A DNA stretch of 64,000 nucleotides from assembly GCA_051294375.1 (NCBI GenBank), contig CM119268.1:5631221-5695220 (forward strand), written 5' to 3'. The translations under genes and the position numbers were made by a program. The stretch's first letter is position 1. Every line of letters begins with the position of its first letter. Source of the stretch: Paraspadella gotoi (lineage: Eukaryota; Animalia; Chaetognatha). This document shows positions 54,929-64,000 of this stretch, piece by piece. The notes below the pieces were generated by a model. That model saw only the letters and a list, made by a program, of their open reading frames with translations, was not told where the DNA came from and did not search any database.

Positions 54929-55358
54929 TCGTCGTTCTCCGTCACGCTGTTTTTCATATATAAAAACTACTACGCTTTTATGTAGGTTTGGCTGCTGACT
55001 TACCGTTTTTTTCTTTTAAATAAAAATTATTATGAATTCATGATAAAGTTTTACAAAAGTGTGCGATCATAGTAATTAAAATTTAGATATGGCTTTTCAT
55101 CTTGAAATTAGCTGTGATTATTTTCATATTGACCATTTGGATTTAGAGTATTTTTGTTTCCCGGAATTTCCACTTCATTATGATTTACGTGCAATGATAG
55201 TGCATAATTGAACGATGGGTAATAGTTTCTCATTTGATTATATCCAAAGCATTAGTGAGAATATAGAAATGCTTTAATCTAATTTACATATTGCAGTATA
55301 TAATATTGAATGATGATAATCGAAAAAATAATATTGTTATAAATTTTATTAAAGATGG
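43233..55358 (+). repeat. Large repeated unit, copy 3 (L+M+R)
   Basis: Colinear with 20891-32848 at an offset of about 22.3-22.5 kb. Confidence 0.97.
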
Positions 55359-55368
55359 ATCTCTCTCT

Positions 55369-55671
55369 GTGGGTCTCGCGCGCCGACCGAGCGCGCGCGG
55401 GCTAGGAAAAGAAAAGAAGATGGAAGGAGGGAAAGAGTGAGAGAGAGATGTAACATTGTTGTCAATTTTACATTTTTTGTAAATCATAAATGGACTATGG
55501 TAACTATTTTAAGAAATTTGAAGTCTCTCACTCAGCCCTTTTGTTAATTTGTTTGTTTCAACCTCTGTCCGTTCCTCCCGTCCGTCTGTTTTTCAGTCCG
55601 TTTGTCCGTCTGTCGAATTAAACACGATTCTGACTTGAACTAAAATAAGATCTACTCTTAATGTAATTGTT

Positions 55672-55704
<33 letters not shown>

Positions 55705-56112
55705 CTCTTCACTCATTGGCCTCATCAGTCATCGACAGAGTCTCCTCGGCCCAAAATTCTTTACTCCAAATTTCAACCCAGGACCCTTTTGTCCAACTTC
55801 TCCCTTGACCCGCAGAACCCACTTTGCCCTGGGATGTCACTCCCCAAAGATCTCCCTTCGACCTCCAACTGGATTCTTTAAACTACATCGGAAAGGAGTG
55901 CCAACGAAAAACTCTCTCCACTGTTAAAGATTTGGTAAAGATTTTTTAAAGATTTTTTAGAGATTAAAGATTAAAGATTAAAGATTAAAGATTAAAGATT
56001 AAAGATTTTAAAGATTTTTTAAAGATTTAAAGCTTTGGTAACATCTTCCAATTTGAAAAGTTTTCTGTCTTTTGACTTTTTCGTCTCTCTTTCGCTTTTT
56101 ATCGCGTCGTCG

Positions 56113-56162
<50 letters not shown>

Positions 56163-56580
56163 GTCGTCGTCGTCGCGTCGTCGGTCGCGTCGTTTTCGTC
56201 GTCCGCACGCTGTTTTCATATATAAAAACTACTACGCTTTTATAGGTTTGGCTGTGACTTACCGTTTTTTTTTTTTAAATAAAAATTATTATGAATTATG
56301 ATAAAGTTTTACAAAAGTGTGCGATCATAGTAAGTTAAAAATTTAGATATGGCTTTTCATCTTGAAATAGCTGTGATATTTTCATATTACATTTGGATTT
56401 AAGTATTTTTTGTTTCAATTTCCACTTCATTATGATTTACTGCAATATGCAAATGAGATTAAAGTTCTCATATTATATCCAAATTAGTATATAGAAATGC
56501 TTTAATCTAATTTACATATTGCAAAGTATTAATATTGAGATGAAATTCAAAAAATTTGGTATAAATTTTTAATAAAATGG
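55369..56580 (+). repeat. Clean copy of the distal end of R, running on into unique sequence at 56581
   Basis: Reverse complement of 13930-15332, with a short deletion before the (GTC)n run. Confidence 0.95.
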
Positions 56581-57518
56581 GAACTCTAAAGGATTTTTAA
56601 TGAGAAGCTATATTCTTAATTTTTAATACAAATATAATTAAATCTTTACTAGCTGCGATTAGGAAAAAATTGGAAAAATTTCCAATTGTAAACAATTGTA
56701 ACATATTTTTTGCCTTTCTTTTATTTCTTAAAATTATTTTTTCTTTTAGAAAAAACGAGTTCAGTCTCTGGCAGTGACTGTACAGCGGGCCTTCCAGCAG
56801 CTTCCAGCTTTGTTTCTCTCTGTCTGACTCTCTCTGTTGTCTCTCTCTGTAACTCTCTCTGTCTTTCTCTCTTCTCTCTCTCTCTCTCTCTCTCTCTGTG
56901 TCGATTTCTTGCGTGATCGTCGCTTTTTTGAAAAATTATGATTATTTTCCTACTAAAAACATTTAATTATCACCCATTATCCCAAATTTACATCCAAGAT
57001 TTTCGTGGATTTATTTTAGAAAAAGTGGAAGAATTAACTCATATGTCAGAAATATACGCTTCTCTCCATCTCTCTCCATCTCTCTCCGTCGCTAACATGA
57101 TTGTTATTAAGAAAAAAATATATAATAAGCAAATAGAATTATTAATACAGATTTACATTGCCAGGGAAATCTTTTTATACTCTGTCCAATGTTGTTGTTG
57201 TTGATCTCTATCTCTCTTTCTGTCTCTTTCTCTCTTTACGATCTCTTGCGTGATCGTTCGTTTTTTGATAAATCTGATTATTTTTTTCCTTCTAAAAAAC
57301 TTTTTTTAGTCGCCATTTATTCCGCGCTTTTTTTCTCTTACCTGGATTTGCAGTGGCCGTTGCGAGGCAACGAGTAAACAATGTCAAGGAACATGACCTA
57401 ATTACGCTAACTGAGTATTTTCAACTATATATTTTGTTTATAGGGATTATAATTTTCACGTACAAAAAAATTTCTTATATGCTTCTTTTCCTCTCTCTCT
57501 CTTCTCTCTCCTCTTCTC

Positions 57519-57585
<67 letters not shown>

Positions 57586-57824
57586 TTTTTTCTTCTAAAA
57601 ACTTTATTATCGCATTTATTCCCCGCTTTTTCTCAATACAATATATAAAAATTCTGATTATTCTTTATAATAAACGAGAGAGACCTAATAAATGCGTTTC
57701 GTTGGCGGGAAAACTGTCCAGCCTCTCTCTCTCTCTCTCTCGTCTCTCTCTCTCTCTCGTCTCGTCTCTCTCTCTCTCTCTTTCACTTCATACACGCATT
57801 TGTTTGTTTTATTTACGATGAATG

Positions 57825-58070
57825 ATTCATCGCGTCAATTGAATACTATTATGCGCATCCAATGAATGACTATCATCGTATCAATGAATGATTATCATCA
57901 TATCAATAAATGACTATCATAGCATCAATCATTTGATTATCACATCACATCAGTCATTTTGTTATCATCGCATCAATTTATTGGTTATCATCGCGTCCAA
58001 TATTTGGTTATCATCCGCATCAATATTGGTTTCGCAATCCGCATCAATATTTTGGTTACTATCGAAAGCG
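57825..58070. repeat. Degenerate ~22 bp minisatellite
   Basis: Units resemble GAATGACTATCATCGCATCAAT and ATTTGGTTATCATCGCATCAAT, about 10 copies. Confidence 0.8.
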
Positions 58071-58673
58071 GCTCGATCTTTATGCTTTTAAGATTTTTCT
58101 TTCCTTCTTTTTCTTATTCTTTTCCTTTATCAACTCTTTATTTCCCCTCAGTCTTATCTCTTTTTCTTCTCTTTTTTTCCCCTTTGTTTCTTTGTTATTT
58201 ACATATATGATATATCAACTTTCCTCCCGAATCTCTCTCTCCCTTTCTTTATTTCTTTCGCCTTTACTTTCCTCCATTCTTTCCCTTCTTTTTTTTTCTC
58301 CTTTCTTTACTCTTCCCTTAATTCTCTTTCCAACCTTCATATTCTTTTCCTTCCTGTCCTCCCGTGACTTTCCCTTCTCTTTCCTCTTTTTTCTTTCCTT
58401 TCCTTCTTTCTCTTTTCTTAATCTTCTTTACTCCTTTCTCTTCTTCTCCCTTCTGCTGCCTCCATTCTCCTTCCTCCAGTCTTTTTTCTTCTCTCCTTTC
58501 TTCTTCCTCCTTTTTCTTTCCTTTCATCCCTATCCCATTTTTTACTCCTCTTTTCTCCCTACCCTTTCCTTTCCTCCTCTGCTTCTCTCCTCTTTGAGGT
58601 CATCTTTTTCTTCTCCCTCTTTTGAATTGCAAAATGAGAAAAAGATGACGGAGTTTTGATGGCGACGTCAGTG

Positions 58674-58788
<115 letters not shown>

Positions 58789-59024
58789 CGGGGGCTCCCA
58801 GTTTATTATTTTCCCCTTCACGATTTTTACGCTTAAACTTTCTTTCCGACGACGATTTCCTACTCAGCGTCTTTCTTTTATTCTGTTCTTTTATATCTTA
58901 CTTGCTGTCTTTCTTTCACTATTTCTTGTCTTTTCTTTTTTTTTTCCTTTTAGTCTGTCTTTTTTTTTTTAAATTTATTCTTTTTCTTTTTTCGTCTGTC
59001 TTTCTCTATCTTTGTATTTTTTTT

Positions 59025-59064
<40 letters not shown>

Positions 59065-59488
59065 AATTTCCTTTTTTTATTTAATAATTTAATAATTTTT
59101 TTTTATTTTTTTTTTATTTTCTATTTTTCATCTTCTTTCTTTATTTCATTCCCTTTTGTTTCTTTTACTTATTTTCTTTATAATAATCGCAGTTTTCTTC
59201 CTTCTTTCAAAGGGGGGGTGACGGTTAAAACGATTTAACTTTTAACGGGCGTTTGTGTTATCTCTTGTAAAACATTACCTTCTCAGTCAGTCAGTCACAC
59301 TCGTTGAATTTCTATGGACAGATTTCGCATTAACTTCTGAATATCGTTTTTTTTTTTTGTTTTTCTCGTTCTACTACTCTAATATGCAAATTAGATTTCG
59401 CTTTTTGACGTGGGCTTTATCACTGTCTCTCTTTCTCTGTCTCTCTTTCATTCTCTTTCTCTTNNNNNNNNNNNNNNNNNNNNNNNNN

Positions 59489-59545
<57 letters not shown>

Positions 59546-59874
59546 GCTCTATCTCTCTCTCTCTCTCTTCTCTTCTCTCTCTTTTCTCCTCTCTTTTATT
59601 TTAGATTGTACGTGTAAGACAAGAAACAAAAAAAATAATAAAAACTATAAAAAAATGAGATAAAGAAAAAAAGAATAAAAAACCAAAAAAAAAAAAAAAC
59701 AAAGAAAGAAAGAAAGAAGGTGAGTGAACGCCATTGAAAGATATCATTCAAAACATTCATAAACTTAATTTCAAAACTATATTACAAAGGTTTTTAAAAA
59801 TCACAAAAGCTATAAAGCAAAGGAAAAACAAAGACTTAAACTCGATATTAATTCTGATTTTAAAAAATTTTTCC

Positions 59875-59973
<99 letters not shown>

Positions 59974-60199
59974 CATGTAACTTTGTCTTTTGAACCTTGC
60001 CTGGAATTCATTCAAAATTTCTCTAGCGACATTCGTCACGCTGATCGAGATTCATCACGATCCATCTCTTGAGATTCCGTTTGGGTCAAAGCAAGATTAG
60101 GCCCTTTTTTCTGGTTACAAAGTCTTTGGTTGTCTCTTCACCAGTCGAGGCTATTCATTCGCGCCCCCACCGACCGGATTTGGCCTTTTTTTCAACAAG

Positions 60200-60293
60200 T
60201 GTGAACTGTGAACTGTGAATTGTGAATTGTGAATTGTCAATTGTGAATTGTCAATTGTGAGCTGTGAAACTGTGAATTGTGAACTGTAAGCTG
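60200..60293. repeat. 7-bp tandem repeat (TGTGAAY)n
   Basis: About 13 units of TGTGAAC/TGTGAAT/TGTCAAT. Confidence 0.93.
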
Positions 60294-60593
60294 TTAACAT
60301 GCCAGGCGCAACCCTTATTGAATTTTCAACGGAATCCTTACGTTGCACCCTTAAATTATCGGCATTAAATTAATTAGTTAGTTAAATATAAAAAAATATA
60401 ATTATTTTCGATTAAAAAGAAAGTGGAATGAATAACTTTTGTTTTTAAAACGGAAACAAATTTTTTTTGCGAAAACGAGAATGATTTCGCACTTTAATTG
60501 ATGACCATATGGTTGCATTGGTGCCATGCACCATAGAGGTGGCTTTCAGCGGGACCAGAACAGATTAATAAAAAAAAGCGATTGATTTATGTT

Positions 60594-60670
<77 letters not shown>

Positions 60671-62095
60671 CCTTTGAATTTCTACATAATTTTTTTATAG
60701 TGGAGACGTCAAAATACATTTTCGATATTTACGTTTTGTGATTTGTTGTCTTCAATGGTAGCTTGTGAATGATATTCAGTTAAGTTAATGTTGCGTATTA
60801 TTATATTTATATTTTCCTTTATGTAGTGAGATCCTGATTATTATTATTAGTAAGAAAGAAAATAAAAATCGCCTGTCGAATACTTTAAAAATTAAATGCC
60901 TGCGAAGAAATTGTTTTTCTCCCTCTGTTCAAACGCCAGTCGCAAAACTTACCTTATTTGGAAGTATTTTTATTTTTTAGATTGTTACTTTACAAATGTA
61001 AACCAAATTTTCTCTCTCTCGCCGTATATAAAAATGAATGCCACTTTGTACAATTAGCCAATTCGATTCCATTCGCTTTTCTGATTTCAATAAATCGATT
61101 CATCTCAATATGTTCGCCAATTTTTATCTCGACCACTTCCACTTTGTCTTCCGATGGATAAATTTATACTTCAGTTTTTAGTTTGTGTTCCTTTCCTTCT
61201 TCTTTGTGAAGATAAAGATAAAAAAGTCAAGAGAACAAAGAAATACTGAAAGTAGAGTTTATTGCGTCGTGATGAGAAACTGAATGATATATTTGTTAGC
61301 ATTATCACAGAAAAAAAATATAGAAAACGACATGACTTTTTTCAATTACGAAGTAAAAATCTAAAAGTATATATACTTATATATATATTATAAATATATA
61401 TTATATATATATTATATATTATTATATACTATAATAGAAATATACATACCACTCAACGAAATTATATATAATAATATACTATATACTATATATACTACTA
61501 TATCAAAAAACTATATATATAGTGATCTCGCAGACTTACTATCAAAGAAAATTAATGAAAAAAATCCGACGACGACGACGATGATGATGATATGATGATG
61601 ATAATGATGCGACGACGAATTATTGATGGACTAGTAATTATTGATATAATAATTGATTGATGTATATATAATTGATTGATGTAATATTAATTGATTATTG
61701 ATGCGATGATAACCAGATTAATGCGATGGATAACCAAATGTTTTTCCCTTTGTCTTTTTTCTGTTTCTTCCTTTGTTCTTTAAATTTCTTAATGTTGTTC
61801 TTTCGCACTTTTTTCCTTTGTTTCCTTCATTTCTTTTCATTTTTTTTTTTTGTTTATTTTCTTTTTCCTTATGCTTCTTTTTGGTTTGTTCCTCAGTTTA
61901 TACTCTGTTTATTCCTTTGTTTCTATCTCTGTTTTTTCCTTTTATTCTTATGTTTTATCTCTCTCTTTTTTTATTTAGATTGTACGTGTAAGACAAGAAA
62001 CAAAAAAAATAATAAAAAACTATAAAAAAAATGAGATAAAGAAAAAAGAATAAAAACCAAAAAAAAAAAANNNNNNNNNNNNNNNNNNNNNNNNN

Positions 62096-64000
62096 GTTAC
62101 TGTTGAGCGATAAGTTCAGCGATAGGTTGAGTGAATAAGTTTCGATTTCGATCGCGAAATTTGAATTGGAATTCCTTTGATGAGTGTCGACGGAAGAAAA
62201 TATCAAGACTTCGACTCCGGAGAAGAAAAGAATCTTACTCGTCATTTCTTTTCACATTTGATTATCGTCATATCATAAGATCATCATCGTATTTATCATC
62301 AGCATCAATCATTGTCGTCATAATCACCATAAACGTCATCATCTTCCATCGTCATTGCCTTCATCATCATCATCATCACCATCATAACCATCATCATGCT
62401 TCTTTTATCGTCGTCGTCGTCGTCGTCGTCACCGTATCGTTAAAAGAAATGGAAATGTGTTCTGAGGTTTATATACTCGCGAAAGAAAAAATAGAAAAAA
62501 CGGGAAAAAAAAGAAAAAACAGAAAAAAAAACGTTTTAAAAGAAAAAAAACCAACTCAACCTTTTTTCAAATTTCCGGCAAAATTTTAAAAAAAAGTTTT
62601 TTTTTCTGTTTTTTTTTAATTTTGTTCGTTTTCTTTTATAAGCCAAACTTTTTCTTCTTCTAACGTAAACTTTGTTAAGATGAAGATCGCTTCGCTTTAT
62701 ACTTTTCATGATTATTCATTTTATTGTTTTTTGTTTTTTAGTTATTAATTGTTTTTTTATATTTGTTTTTTTTATCCATCGGTTTCTTATTCCGCCTCCG
62801 GACCTGTCGAAAGAAAAAAAAATGTTTGTTTGTGAACTGAATATCAGACATCACGAGAAATGTATTGGGGTGTGTGACGAGGATTTTCGTTGTTCGTTCG
62901 TTCGTTCGTCGTTCTGTTCGTTCGTCGTTCGTTCGTTTCGTTCGTTCGTTCGTTCGTTCGTCGGTCGGTCGGTCGTCGGTCGCGTTCGTTCGTTCGTTCG
63001 TTCGTCGTTCGCTTCGTTTCGTTCGTTCGTCGATCGATCTATCGTTCGCTTGTGTTTTCTTTTTTCTTTTCTTCTTCCAACCTACGTTTGGTCGGTCAGT
63101 CGGTCGGCCGATCGGATGGAAAAAACTGACTCAAGGCTTAATTAATATAATAATAATAATAATAATAATAATAAAATAATAATAATAATAATAATATAAT
63201 AATAAAATAATAATATAATAATAAAATAATAACATTAATAATATAATAATAATAATAAAATAATAAATGAAAGCAATAATAAAATTGAATTTTCATTACA
63301 AACAAAGGATTATTTTTTTTTGAGATTTTCAGGTTGCAACCCAGGCCGTACGATTGGAGGTGCACGCGATGCCGAAACTCGCGAGGCGTTAGGGTGCACT
63401 TCGAGTTTGGCGCCAAAATTCGAAACTCGGACGTCAGAAAAGTGCGAAAATAGGGAAGAGATGAGGAGAAGAAGAAGATTTACGAGGAAGAGAGGAGAAA
63501 GTAAAGGAAAAAGGAGAAGAAGAAGAGAAAAAGAAGGAGAAAAGCAAGTGAAGAGAAAAATAATAATTATATCTTATAATTATTTCATGTCGGCGTAAAT
63601 TAGGCCGTAAGTATTCTACTTATTATTGATAATGCTAAATTGAATTCTGTGATAGGCCACCCTAAATTATAGAGTCGGAATCTAAATTTAAGAAAAATAA
63701 AAGTTAAACATGAAACAATTACAAATTAACCCATTTAATTTCTCTATTCTATTTACCATCTTGTCGTATACCAACTAATTGCTATTTTTATAAAAGTTAA
63801 AATCTTTCGTTGAAACATGTAAACCTATCGAGTTGAATGCCGGCTGAACTGTGCTTCATCAATAAGCAAACCATTCTCGAAACCACGTCCTTTCATGTCC
63901 AACAATTCGACCAAAGGCTTGATAAGTATCCAAGTCAAACCAAAATTTGGGTGGGCAGAAAGCTCTCTAGATAAATAGAGTAAACGTAAACCTCCCAGAA
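62096..64000 (+). repeat. Further copy of M and the start of R, truncated by the window end
   Basis: GTTACTGTTGAGCGATAAGTTCAGCG matches 12805, and the copy continues colinear with 27200-28060. Confidence 0.96.

Noticed and set aside
55667-55927. Complex 86-aa ORF, with a Trp-rich open frame on the opposite strand
   Set aside because: No recognisable family, no convincing splice pair, and inconsistent frames between copies.
56745-57410. Possible two-exon minus-strand mini-gene (MFLDIVYSLPRNGHCKS|gtaag ... WKLLEGPLYSHCQRLNSFF*)
   Set aside because: The donor at 57341 is good, but the required acceptor is preceded by purine-rich sequence with no pyrimidine tract; unsupported without RNA data.

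Overview
This is AT-rich, microsatellite-saturated eukaryotic DNA, probably from an invertebrate animal (inferred from a tRNA-derived SINE and abundant, undepleted CpG). I can support no recognisable protein-coding gene, rRNA, functional tRNA or CRISPR array; nearly all listed ORFs are translations of simple repeats. The window is dominated by one ~12 kb unit made of three parts: L (7709-12740), M (12741-~13900) and R (~27200-32848). It recurs in both orientations: L+M at 7709-13904 (+), M+R at 13930-20778 (-), L+M+R at 20891-32848 (+), partial R at 32860-33543 (+), a badly degraded R at ~35170-37533 (-), M+partial R at 37559-43121 (-), L+M+R at 43233-55358 (+), the R end at 55369-56580 (+) and M+R start at 62096-64000 (+). 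This gives two giant spacer palindromes in a ~22.4 kb tandem. Several signs point to long-read gap-filling artefact rather than biology: the copies differ mostly by 1-bp indels, two share an identical error-laden 680 bp block, three end at the same nucleotide (two next to a possible SMRTbell adapter stub), and there are six 25-N spacers. Only about 27 kb appears to be unique. The best biological leads are a tRNA-headed SINE (33824-34090), a Helentron/MITE-like element with a telomere-like core (3889-4331, second copy ~34700-34884), an indel-free Asp-Ala dipeptide reading frame (2051-2449), a possible retrotransposon remnant, and several promoter-like motif clusters. I did not find a convincing novel biological system.
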